Below the pieces are notes generated by a model. The model was not told where the DNA came from and did no database searches. It was given only the letters and a program-made list of their open reading frames with translations. A stretch of 63,843 nt of DNA, counting the filler, from Octopus bimaculoides (taxonomy: Eukaryota), in the NCBI RefSeq assembly GCF_001194135.2. It is 8 parts of 7 records of this genome, joined end to end, with 100 filler letters (N's around TTAATTAATTAA, not from the genome) between each part and the next. Parts side by side here need not be neighbours in the genome. Positions count along the whole stretch, not along the records: positions 22,806 to 45,875 come from NC_069001.1; 7 more parts are not named here. One strand, written 5' to 3'. This document shows, piece after piece, positions 27,880 to 39,060 of this stretch. Position 1 is the first letter of the stretch; every line of letters begins with the position of its first letter. Position numbers and translations under genes: made by a program.

Positions 27880-29110
27880 AAGTTTGAATGAAGAGATCCT
27901 GCATTCCCACTTTGACAGTCTTCAGTTTTCAATTTTACAACTGGCAAAAGAAAAAGAATATTTAATCAAACAGTTTTGTGTAAATATGATGAAATTCCCC
28001 TGCCATTTTGTTCATTCCTCCAGGGCATCATGTTAATAGCTCAAAAACATATTTGTTCTCATATATTGTGAAGACTAAAAGTAAAGTAGATTCAGAATAT
28101 TTTCCTAGAATATGCACTTTCAAGTTTTTTTCAAAATTGCAGCTATTTGATGTAAAATGTTCAACAAATTCTGTCGAACTACTGCTATTGTGCCTGATGT
28201 CATACCTGTGCCCATTGAATCTTTTGTTTAATTGTTCTGTTGTACAACCAACATAAATCAAGTTATATTTGGTGCATTCTACAGCGTACACCAAATAGGA
28301 ATCTCTACACGTCACATCTTGTATAACATTTTTGTTATGATTCCTGATGGAATTGACTTGACTCGTGTTGTTGCACAATGAACAGAGCTTACTTCTCTTG
28401 CAGCTGTTTTTCAAGGCACAGCATTCAGAAACTCCAATGTATGTCTTCTTGGAGCCAGAAGTAGAGGTTAATAGTTCTTTTATACTTTTATTCCGTCTAA
28501 AGGCTACAGTAGATGGCTGAAGGACTATTTGTTTGAAACAAGGATATTTTTCTGCAACATGCTGGTAACTTTCATGTAACACTTTTGAAATGCCAGTGAA
28601 ATTTAGGTGCCAGTTAACCATTAAAAGAATTCTATCACATATTTTACTTTGTTTGCTAAGATTATGCATGAAAGTTTGATTTTCCTTACTAATCTTAGCT
28701 ATGTCAGTTGCAATTTCCTTTAATTGTGATTCACTGTAACCGTGCTTGACATAATGGTGTACAAAAGTATTTGCATGTTTCCAGTAATCGTCTATGTCAG
28801 TACAAATCCATTTTATCCTGAAAAATTGGGATTTTGGATTTGACTGAATATGATATGGATGAGCGGCAGTGTAGGTAAATGTGGGATGACGTGGGCTTGC
28901 AAAATAACTCTGTCACTATTCTACCTCCAGAAAACTTGACTTTTGTGTCCAAAAATTCAACACTAGTTTTTGAAAAACTAGACGTAAATTTTATACTGGA
29001 CTTAAAGCCATAGTTTTTAACATAACAGTCACAGAAATACAAGAAGTCAATTAAACTATCCTGTGATCTTTCTCAGACAAAAATAGACCTCTGTTTCAAA
29101 GTCCTTGTAT
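27880..29110 (-). mobile_element. Penelope-like element (RT thumb, Cys-rich linker, GIY-YIG endonuclease), Neptune-like, decayed
   Basis: IKFTSSFSKTSVEFLDTKV...ELFCKPTSSHIYLH; VAFRRNKSIKELL; C..C..C linker; TCRDSYLVYAVECTKYNLIYVGCTTEQLNKRFNGHRYDI. Confidence 0.85.
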
Positions 29111-29129
29111 TTACTTAACTTTTCAAATT

Positions 29130-29780
29130 TTTTTTTTTTTGAAAGTCCTAACAGATGGTGATATTTATATTTTCTACTATTTTGGCAGGCTTATATTCCT
29201 GCCGGTTCTTCTCATATGGGAGTCAAAACTTACAGTACATGATCCAGTGCAAATACTGCTCGAATCTATCATGACAATTAATATATTTATTTGAGGCTAA
29301 CATAAAGCACCCAGAGTGGTCAATTGTTTCTCAGATTGCACCATGAAAAAGGTAAGCAAGATCAGCACCATTTTTAAGAATGCTTTCTTGGTAGTTTCTG
29401 GGAGGCAGACACTAATCCTGAGCTGTTATAATGAAGACCTCTATTTCTGATTTAAGTTCAGATGCAGTCAACCATTGATGGGTCACATTGGTATCTACAT
29501 CAGGATTACTGATTCTTGTAAGGTATTTCCATGCGATTCTTTACTTTTCCATGTATTTTACAGCTCCTGAGATTCCATTTGGTTTGGTTTATGTTTTTAT
29601 CTGTTTTGCTATCACAAGAGATTCTTCTGTTTTATCTAGTTGCACCTCAGTTTCATTAATCATTCATTCCTTTCCATACTTTTTTTTTGCTTCTGACATC
29701 ACCATCATCATCATTGCTATCATTCTCATCATGCTGTCGGCAGTTTCATGTGAGTTTCAGCTTCACAACTAAATACACAC
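29130..29780 (-). mobile_element. Second, diverged R4/Dong-like LINE fragment
   Basis: WKSKESHG...RISNPDVDTNVTHQWLTASELKSEIEVFIITAQD*CLP.RNYQESILKNG...ETIDH.GC...HDR...LHW. Confidence 0.75.
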
Positions 29781-30304
29781 ATTGCTCCTGAAGCATGTGC
29801 AGTATTATCTTTTGGAGGTGTTGAAATATTTTTGTGTTATAGTTGTTTTTTTTTTTTTGTTCTTTCGTTTCAGTTGTTACTTAAAATTCCTCTGTCATTG
29901 TATAGAATAAGTGGGTTGTGATTGTGTACTGTGACTTGCATTATGTGGAGATGGTGTAGAGTATATGCTGTGTACATTGTTATATTATTGAGTGGTAATC
30001 ATATCAGTATTGGGTTATTTTATTGGATAGTGACTGTATAGAGTATGAGCTGCATAGATGGCATTATATTATAATGCACCATATCAATGAAAAATTTATA
30101 ATTGATAAATATTCAGTTTTATAGTTTTGAACTCATGGTAAGAGATTAATTGAATAAAATAAACAAGGTTCTCAAGCTAAATTTGACAATCTGCATAAAA
30201 GGAAAAAAAATACAATATTCCAGCCAAAAATAAAAGTATTTTAAAGAATAAAAAAAAAACAACAAAATTATGGTTGGGAAGTAACAGTTTACTCAAAGTA
30301 TGCT

Positions 30305-30800
30305 CTCAGCTTTCCCAACAGCCTCGATATGGCTCCAGAACCTGGCACATGCGTTCCTCATTATGTCCCTGGAAAGATCTTCTATCACCTCCTTGATCTT
30401 GCCACCAGTTCAGCCATGGTGTTGCAGGCAGAGCATTGGTGACTTCCTCAACTACATCCATAGGATAACAACTGAGAGAATTACAAGGCCAGAAATTAGG
30501 ACTGGTAAAGTCATAGAAATTCTCTGACAACCACTTCTGACTCTTTCCAGAGGTGTGGCACAAAACTGAATCTTGACATCATACATATGTACTTACAGCA
30601 GCAACCCTCTCCAGCCAGGGTTTGACCATAGTTTCCAGCAGCTTTACATAACCTCTGAACTGAGCCTAAAGTTCTGTTCACAGATGTTGGGTGGCATGAT
30701 GTCATCCTCACTGGAGACACAACCAAAGACCATCACATTTTGGGGGAACTTGGTTTTCATGATCTCCATGTCACATCTTACAGCTTTTACAATGTTCACA
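30305..30800 (-). mobile_element. Tc1/mariner transposase C-terminal relic (resembles the maT/DD37D-type)
   Basis: MKTKFPQNVMVFGCVSSEDDIMPP and CHTSGKSQKWLSENFYDFTSPNFWPCNSLSCYPMD (a WPPNSPDCNPMD-like motif). Confidence 0.8.
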
Positions 30801-31574
30801 GAGCATTGAAAAGCAGGCATGATATCAGCATTTTGATACCTGGTGTGAATCATCATGATACAGGTAACTCTTTTCCAATAATCAGATGGCTTGCAATCTG
30901 CCATATCAGCTAACTTTTCCTCAGCTATAATTTTAATCATTATGCTAACACTGATGACTGTTCAAAACATGAAGCTGTAAAAAGGAGACATAAAAAATCA
31001 TCAACTTTAGCTCAAACACCCTGTATGGTCCTCTTTATCAATTATATTATTTTGCATTAGCTACATTATTTATGGTTTCTAGAGTCAAAGAGGACAAAGA
31101 TCTTGGTTTTCTTACTTTTCCTTTTTCTTGTTTTTTTCTTTTCTCACAGACCAGTGTCCTGGTTTTAAATATACTTAACATTATGAACTGGGTCTGAAAG
31201 ATTGCTTGGAGATACATGGCATGTTATATAAATCTGGCAATTTAATGTTTCTTAAAGCATGAAACTATTAGTAGCACTTTTGTAATTGTGCATATTATCT
31301 TTCAATGGAGTACATTTATTCGTTGATCCTACCTATAATGGAACTGTAAACTATATATATATATATATATGCTGTCTAAGAATCCATAAGTCAGACAAAA
31401 ATGTACTCATATATTCATCAGTAGAGTGGGTATATTAATCGAAAGTGTACAGTATTATATATCCATTACGAATGATCTTACTGATTGGTTTCACACCGAG
31501 GGTTCAACAGAGTGTTAGGTAACAGTCTGATTATGTAACCAACGGTCACATATTCAACTGTGCTTGTTAGTGTG

Positions 31575-31985
31575 TTTATTTTTCTTTTATGCATTTAGTT
31601 AGATTCTTTGGGGCATTATGTATGCATGGAGTGTGTGTAGTGGTACAATATGTGTGGGAACTTAAATTGGCGGGGGAGAGGGGGAAAGGGTCTCTTGGGA
31701 GGATGTCCACCATGTTAGGGTGTGTGTGTTTGTAAGTGTATTTGTGTATGTTCTGGTCACTCTGCCTTGAAATGCAGCAAAGAGCTTGACCAGAACATAC
31801 ACAAATGCACTCACAAACACACATGCCCTAACACAGCAGACATCCACCCAATAGACCCTTTTCCACCTCAATATAGGCCCCCACACACACATATTGTACC
31901 CCTACACACACTCCATGCATACATAAATGCCCTAAAGAATTTAACCAAAGGTTTTAACCAAAACATAAAAGTAAAAAAACAAGAA
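31575..31985. repeat. Fold-back (inverted repeat) element, ~180-bp arms, ~27-nt loop
   Basis: attctttggggcattatgtatgcatggagtgtgtgtagtggtacaatatgtgtg...ttctggtca (ends 31759) pairs with tgaccagaa (from 31787)...cacatattgtacccctacacacactccatgcatacataaatgccctaaagaat. Confidence 0.85.
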
Positions 31986-32204
31986 CACAGATGTGTATGC
32001 AGTTTTTGGGTACCTCCACCCCATGAAAATGCTGCACATATAACATTGCTACACACATGCCATTTCTACAAGAACACAAACCCTAAAACATACACATATT
32101 TCCCATACACTCTTTTCCAGAAAACTCTTGTTGCCTTGCATCACCCCCAGAGATGTTCCTTGTAATAAATACACACACACACACACACACACAGATATAC
32201 TTAC

Positions 32205-32345
32205 CTTATCATCTTCATAAAGAATATTAGCTGGGATTGATTTATCAATAATCTTAGAGAATATTGTTGGTCCTTGATTTTTATATGTTTTAACAGCATG
32301 TTGTGCTTTGCTTACTTCATCTGTTGGAGTAGCTGTAGAACATGC
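32205..32345 (-). CDS. HINT2: Histidine triad nucleotide-binding protein 2 (mitochondrial HINT), coding exon 2 (47 codons, phase 0/0)
   Basis: ACSTATPTDEVSKAQHAVKTYKNQGPTIFSKIIDKSIPANILYEDDK matches the HINT N-terminal EV.KAQ...PTIF.KI..K.IPA.ILYED motif. Acceptor ttgctcttcag, donor AAG|GTAAGT; the exon ends where HINT2 exon 2 ends in other animals. Confidence 0.92.
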
Positions 32346-32513
32346 CTGAAGAGCAAGAAGCAAAACAAACACATGCCATTATTGGATTACTGAAGATTTC
32401 AACAGCAGCTATTCTATTATTTTATTTGATATTGCGAATTATACATTAATCACCAACAGACTGGAAAATTTGTGGTGAAGCTAAACACTGGTGTCATAAT
32501 GGATAACACTACT

Positions 32514-32563
<50 letters not shown>

Positions 32564-32603
32564 NNNNNNNNNNNNNNNNNNNNNNNNNNNNNNNNNNNNN
32601 NNN

Positions 32604-32650
<47 letters not shown>

Positions 32651-32692
32651 CAGTCAGACAGCAAAATAAAGAGTGGAGAAATTAGAACTTAC

Positions 32693-32788
32693 CTGAGCAG
32701 TGACGGAAATAATGGCAGAGGTAACAGAATATTTGAAAATGAAACTTCTAGCAATCACACTGCTAGGGCAGAGCCTGGTCCACAACAT
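32693..32788 (-). CDS. HINT2: HINT2 coding exon 1 (32 codons, probable mitochondrial transit peptide); the exon spans 32693-32801 including 13 nt of 5' UTR
   Basis: MLWTRLCPSSVIARSFIFKYSVTSAIISVTAQ has no acidic residues and is R/S/T-rich. Acceptor tttttcag at 32802, donor CAG|GTAAGT at 32692. Phase 0 joins in frame to the next exon. Confidence 0.8.
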
Positions 32789-33479
32789 CCTAATGGTTTA
32801 TCTGAAAAATAATGAATATATAATCAATGCATGAGTAATAAGGGAATTACCATCATGGGGGAGAAATGGTTGGATAGGGAAGATAGAGATAGAAGAGATG
32901 TTTTTAGTGATTTGTCTGACAGTCTCTGAGGAAAATCATACAGATCATTCCTTTTGAAGGTTATAATTCATACCTAAGGTTTTGAATTAGGATCCATGCT
33001 CCCCTCACACGAAAATCAACCATGTAGAAGAAATTCCATTTCCTTTAGAACTCCACCTCATCCTCATTTCAACATCTGTTTTCTATCCTTACATGGACAC
33101 ATACATAGTGAAATCCAACTTTCTTAAATATTCCCTTGATAATTCTTCTAATGCCTGTCTCAGGTTTCCTTTGCTAAGAGGGTATCTTCCACACTCAGTA
33201 CATGACACCTTTTCTTTCCCAGATTTGCATTCATTCCAATCAATTTACTTCACAGATCAATTACAGTGTGCATAATCTTGTGTCTGATTGTTAGTGTTTG
33301 ATAGGATGCACTACAATATCTATTCCTGTTTCTTTGCATTTTCAATTTCAAAATTCTGCCTTAAACTCCATTATGAGTAAAGTAAATGCTTTGCAATGAA
33401 CTGATAAAACTACAAAACAAAAAAAACCCCACTAATCTCAAGAGTTATATCCTTATTGAGTCAGTATATTTAAGGGTGC

Positions 33480-34380
33480 AAAGAGCTTGATAAGGAACTC
33501 TAATGACGAGGGTCACTGCTACACCCTAACGGTTGAGGGAACCTGTGGAAGAGGTAGACTCAGGAAGACCTGGGATGAGGTGGTGAAGCATGACCTTCGA
33601 ACATTAGGCCTCACCGAGGCAATGACTAGTGACCAAGACCTTTGGAAATATGCTGTGCTTGAGAAGACCCAGCAAGCAAAGTGAGACCATTATCCGTAGC
33701 CTCTGTCAGGAGTGTAGCCAGCCCACTTATTCGTACCTTTCCATCACTGGACACTAAACTCTGCTTGTGAAGACCTGTTGAGGCAAGTAAAATCGAAATC
33801 AAACCAAATTCGACGACTGGCACCCATGACAACCTTTCCTTCATTGGACACTAAACTCTGCTTGCGAAGACCTGCTGGCAAGTGAAATCGAAACTGTAAT
33901 TGAACCAAATTCAATGACTGGCACCTGTGCCAGTGGAGCACTAACAGCACCGTCCGAGCGTGTTCATTGCCATAGCAGCTGTCTGGCTTCCATGCCGGTG
34001 GCACGTAAATAGCACCATTTGAGCGTGGTTGTTACCAGTGTTGCCTTACTGGCACTTGCGCCGGTAGCACTTGAAAAAACATTCGAGCGAGGTCATTGCC
34101 AGTGCCACTGGACTGGCTCCTGTGCAGGTGGCACATAAAAAACACCATTTGAGCATGGCCGTTGCCAGTACCATCTGACTGGCCCTCATGCCAGTGGCAC
34201 GTAAAAGCACTCACTACACTCTCGGAGTGGTTGGTGTTAGTAAGGGCATCCAGCTGTAGAAACTCTGCCAGATCAGATTGGAGCCTGGTGTAGCCACCTG
34301 GTTCACCAGTCCTCAGTCAAATGGTCCAACCCATGCTAGCATGGAAAGCAGACATTAAATGGTGATGATGATGATGATAT
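33480..34380 (+). mobile_element. 5'-truncated RTE LINE: ORF end, long 3' UTR with internal tandem repeats, (GAT)n tail
   Basis: CYTLTVEGTCGRGRLRKTWDEVVKHDLRTLGLTEAMTSDQDLWKYAVLEKT; a ~115-bp duplicated unit at 33744-33930; ~63-bp tandem units at 33990-34210; tail ggttggtgttag..agggcatccagctgtagaaac...gatgatgat. Confidence 0.85.
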
Positions 34381-34869
34381 TCCTAAACCAGTTAGGGTTG
34401 AGGTATCTTCATCTCAAAGTCAAAATGGGACAAACGATGCAGGTAAGTAAATAGCGAACAATGATACTTCTATATTAGGAAATGGAATCCACAAACCATC
34501 ATCTATGCAAATGCTTGAAGTGGTAGAAATAGCAGCCAAATTTCTTCTAAATCAAACCCTCTTAACATGAAAAACAAAAAAGGAAGAACACCTTGGACAA
34601 TGTAGTCCGTGGTACAGAAAAAATTGGGATGGTCATGGCTAGAAAGCCATTGGTCAGCTCCACTAGGGTTGAGCTGACACTAAACTTTGAAACTATAGAG
34701 AAATAACAGCCACATCTTCCTTAAATCACACCTTCATTCTGAGGATAAAGTACAACTTTAGAAACCAATGAGGAACACTTTATGTCTAAATAAATGATGG
34801 GATGGTTATTGTTAGAATACTTTTAATCATAGGTATGTTGAATCAAGGGCAAAATAGCAACATTTGGAG

Positions 34870-34935
<66 letters not shown>

Positions 34936-36442
34936 NNNNNNNNNNNNNNNNNNNNNNNNNNNNNNNNNNNNNNNNNNNNNNNNNNNNNNNNNNNNNNNNN
35001 NNNNNNNNNNNNNNNNNNNNNNNNNNNNNNNNNNNNNNNNNNNNNNNNNNNNNNNNNNNNNNNNNNNNNNNNNNNNNNNNNNNNNNNNNNNNNNNNNNNN
35101 NNNNNNNNNNNNNNNNNNNNNNNNNNNNNNNNNNNNNNNNNNNNNNNNNNNNNNNNNNNNNNNNNNTATCCAGCCATAAAAAACCCTACCAAAACAGACA
35201 CAGAAGTCTGGTGCAGGCTCCTGCCTGGCCAGCTCCTGTCAAACTGTCCAACCCATACCAGCATGGAAGGAGGACATTAAGTGATGACGATGATAGTGAT
35301 ATATATAAATATGTATAGATTAGTTACAGGATTCATTAGTACCTAGGCACATCAAGATGCATGGCCTGGAAACGGCTAGGTGCAATAACATAGGGTTCAC
35401 AGTGAGGTAAAACAACCATGAAGGTATCATGTATTAGCAGGATACTGTAGATGTGTAAGTGCCAAATCCAAGTAAAACTGTAGATCTGACTCAGGGCTGA
35501 TTCTAGGTGTGCTGTAGGTATAAAAAAAGAACACAAATGAAGTTTCAATTTTACAACAGCTGTTTCAGCAGACCTTTATAGATGTATTACATCATAGTAG
35601 ATTACATCATAGTATAAATGCACCAAGTTCTGGTAAAATTTTAAACAGGTATAAATAGAAGAGGTAAAATTTTGATGATGATGAATCCAACATATTGGAT
35701 AAATAGTATTTTTTAAAAATAACATTCAAATTTATAGAGAAATTAGAAATATAACAGTTATGTGAGAAGCAAAGAGACCAAACAACTCTATTATCTCAAA
35801 CATTTTTCTTAATTAGTTTGTAGACAAAACTTGCAATCAGGTCATGCAAGAAATATAGACAAGCTGTAGCCAAGATATGTCCTTAAGGTCAATAAAACCA
35901 GGAAGATATCTTTTCGATTAAGTGAGATAAAACAAAGCAGACCTCAGAGCAGCAGCAAGTTTTAAAATTGACATCACCTTTTCACACACAAACACACACT
36001 CATAGAATTAACGAGCAAGTGGCTGTGCACTCCACAGACACATGTACCCTTAACGTAGTTCTCGGGGATATTCAGCGTGACACAGTGTGACAAGGCTGGC
36101 CCTTTGAATTACAGGCACAACAGAAACAGGAAGTAAGAGTGAGAGAAAAAAACGAACTTTTTTTACGAACAACAAAAAAAAATCAGAGAAACAAGACATG
36201 CAACATAAAGAATATTACCCTTCATCAGTTGTCCCTGCTCCATCTACTCCACGTTTCGAATATATATTTATATATATATTGTTAAATGTTTTTCTCACAT
36301 TTATTGGTAAAATAAGTATTTTTATATAAATTCATTTGATATTTAATGTTAGCTGATATCCTATTTTACACTAAGTTAATAGTATAAAGTTTAACACTAG
36401 TTTAAACCAAAACTTCGATTAGATTAGTGTTGCATTTATCTA

Positions 36443-36528
36443 TCTATATATAAAATTGAGAATGTATGTCTGTATGTCTGTGTGTCTGTGTGAATCCCTA
36501 AACCTCCAGAACTACACAACCAATTTCA
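36443..36528 (+). mobile_element. Helitron 5' end, same family as 1958-2230, truncated by a gap
   Basis: tctatatataaaattgagaatgtatgtc...tgtgtgaatccctaaacctccagaactacacaaccaatttca. Confidence 0.7.
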
Positions 36529-37419
36529 NNNNNNNNNNNNNNNNNNNNNNNNNNNNNNNNNNNNNNNNNNNNNNNNNNNNNNNNNNNNNNNNNNNNNNNN
36601 NNNNNNNNNNNNNNNNNNNNNNNNNNNNAGTGAGGTTGGTTTGTATAATAAATACCTGTAAATGTTGAGAAGTTGTCTTCTGTCTGTGGTGGTTTTGTAG
36701 GTTTTAATGTTTGTCGACAATATTTTTATATTTAACGAGATAATCCATGAAATCAACTAAAGAGATTGAAATATTGACAGAGAGTGACTAGAAGTTTATA
36801 AAAGAGATTATAATCCCAGAATTAAAGGTGAAGAACGTGATATAGGGAGAAGATAAACAGAAGGGATGGAACAATTTATGGGGATATTTCAATATAAAAA
36901 CACGTAAAAGTGACGAGAGAAAACCAATAAGAGTAAAAATATAATAAAACTAAAGAAATAAAAGTTATACATATTTAATTATTTAGCTTAGTAAATATTA
37001 AAGGAGAAAATTCGTGCAACAATAAAAATTTCACCTGAGTCAGTTGTCCTTGGTGGCTTAGTTGCGGTGTTTTTTCTTCAATGAAGTCGAAGCCGATTAA
37101 TGGGATCAGTTAGCAGGGTGGGGGGGATAAGAGTTCTTTAAATAACAATAAATAACTGATAACGTTAAGCAGATGATATAATATCTTGAGCACAAGTTTA
37201 ATTTGATATAACAATAACCGTTTAATAACAATATACTCGATTATATTAAACGGCTGCGACTATATAGCTTAATAATACTAAAACTCTAGGGATGTTTGTT
37301 TTGTACCCAAAATATCTCAGAAATAGTGTATTTTATCGTAATTTTTTTGGTTAACCTCCAGTGTTTGACCCGAGCAAAAAAAAACAGTGTAAAACAACAT
37401 GTAAACGAATACGAAAAAA

Positions 37420-37860
37420 ATGCGCGCTGGAGAACGGGAGGAGGGGGAGACGACTCGGGAAATTTACATCGGGAGTGTTCCGAGTCTACTCACCACTTTC
37501 CCGTTTGTCGGTGCAATGTTTTTTCTTCATATTCGTTTACTACACATTATTTTACACCTAGTACACTATTTTTGTTTTCTCAATTTTTGTGACGGGAGTA
37601 GGTGGGGTGCGGACTCGGATAATTCACACGATCCAGTAACCCGACTTCGACACTCGGACACCAAAATAAAAAAAAAAGGGATCTTTCTGATTTGGCGGGC
37701 GCCACTTGTTTTCTTAACGAAACACTTTCAAACTTGGGACACTGGTAGAATGTGTCATATAAAACTTCTTTTACTCTTAGTGTTATTGAGAAAATTTTAT
37801 CTTTTTAAAGTTATTTCGGTAATTTCAACCAATCACTGACCTCTATTGGGGTAAAAACAA
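37420..37860 (-). promoter_or_regulatory. CpG-rich promoter and probable non-coding first exon of HINT2 (exon ~37494-37620)
   Basis: CpG enrichment; consensus donor GTG|GTGAGT at 37494/37493(-); E2F-like TTTGGCGGG at 37691; CCAAT boxes at 37829 and 37845(-). HINT2 coding exon 1 has an acceptor, so an upstream exon is required. Confidence 0.55.
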
Positions 37861-37990
37861 TTACTGCTGTGGAATGTAAACAACACGTTCTAGCGGTGTA
37901 ATGGGATCTTTTCCCTTGAATAAAATTAGTGCCGTTGTTTGTCAACAACAACTATCGGCGGTACTGGTATTTATGACATCGTTCGTGCGT

Positions 37991-38131
37991 TTGTACTGGT
38001 TTTCGCTTTAGGGTTTTAGGGTTACGGTTATGAGTATTTTTGCCGATTTTCACCAAATTTGGCAAAAATACTCATAACCCGAACCCTAAAACCCTAAAGC
38101 TACACCCAAATGTCAAGAAAACCGAGTACAA
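37991..38131. repeat. Palindrome with ~42-bp arms carrying telomere-like TTAGGG variants
   Basis: gctttagggttttagggttacggttatgagtatttttgcc (from 38005) pairs with ggcaaaaatactcataacccgaaccctaaaaccctaaagc (to 38100); outer arms ttgtactggttttc / gaaaaccgagtacaa. Confidence 0.85.
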
Positions 38132-38429
38132 TCAATCAAGTGATGCTGAACTGTTTACTTTGAATAGTTCCAGATTGAATGTTGCTGAAAACTTCACGTA
38201 AGGCAAAACAGTTGCAATTATCTGGTCACTGCATGTGCCACCCTACGCTACAAACATCCAAATTAGTATTGTGGAACTCACTTTATGGTGATGTAAAAAG
38301 AGGAAAACATCATCACACTTACATTGATATCTTGATGTAACTGGCCTGGAATGTATCTAGGACCTTGAGGTTGGAGGTGTGGAAAGTGAACTGTATTGCT
38401 GAAGCTTGGGTTGGAATCCAGCCATAAAA

Positions 38430-39060
38430 AGAAATGGAAAATTGATTTTCTCAAATGCCCCCAGAGGCTCTCTAGAAGTAGTGGATAATTTTTGCGACCT
38501 AGGTGGCTTAATTAGCAGCAAAAAAGGATATACAGAAAGTATAATTACTAGAATAAGAATAGGTTGGAGAAAGTTCAGGAAGCTTTTACTTCTGTTAGCA
38601 ACCACAGGTCTCTCTCTTTGGGTGAAAGGAAGGTTGTATGATGCATGTGTAAAAACAGCAATGCAACATGGTAGTGAGATGTAGGCCCTGAAGGCAGAGG
38701 ACATGTGAAGACTAGTAAAGGATAAAGCTAGTATGTTCTGCTGGATGTGCAATGTCAATGTACATGTGCAACAGGGCATGAGTGTATTGAAAGAAAAGTT
38801 AGGCATAAGAGGAATTAGATGCAGTGTGCAAGAGAGAAGACTGCACTGGTTTGGCTATGTGATGCCTATGGATGTAGATATTTGCATAAAGAAGTGCTGA
38901 TCACTTAAAGTGGATAAAATTTGTGGAACAGGGAAACCCAAGAAGACATGGGATGAAGTATCGCAAGCCAACTTCAAAACAATGAACCTTATGAAGGAAA
39001 TGACAAAGGACAAAGACATTTGGCACATTGCTGTATTCAAGAACACCCGTCCACCACAGC
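38430..39060 (+). mobile_element. RTE LINE C-terminal ORF relic
   Basis: SLEVVDNFCDLGGLISS...RIRIGWRKFRKLL...KGRLYDACVKTAMQHGSE...GKPKKTWDEV...KDKDIWHIAV. Confidence 0.88.

Noticed and set aside
30644-30985. Next HINT2 exon after a good acceptor at ~30975
   Set aside because: No frame resembles HINT, and the sequence runs into the Tc1-like relic.
33990-34210. CRISPR-like spaced repeats
   Set aside because: Degenerate ~63-bp tandem units in an RTE 3' UTR, without unique spacers, in a eukaryotic context.
36200-36265. GAAA...CTGATGA in permuted order on the minus strand (also 8955-8995 and 20585-20630) as type II hammerheads
   Set aside because: I could not build stem III with a valid UH cleavage site or a convincing stem II, and the two related copies do not covary. 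A family-consensus check would still be worthwhile.
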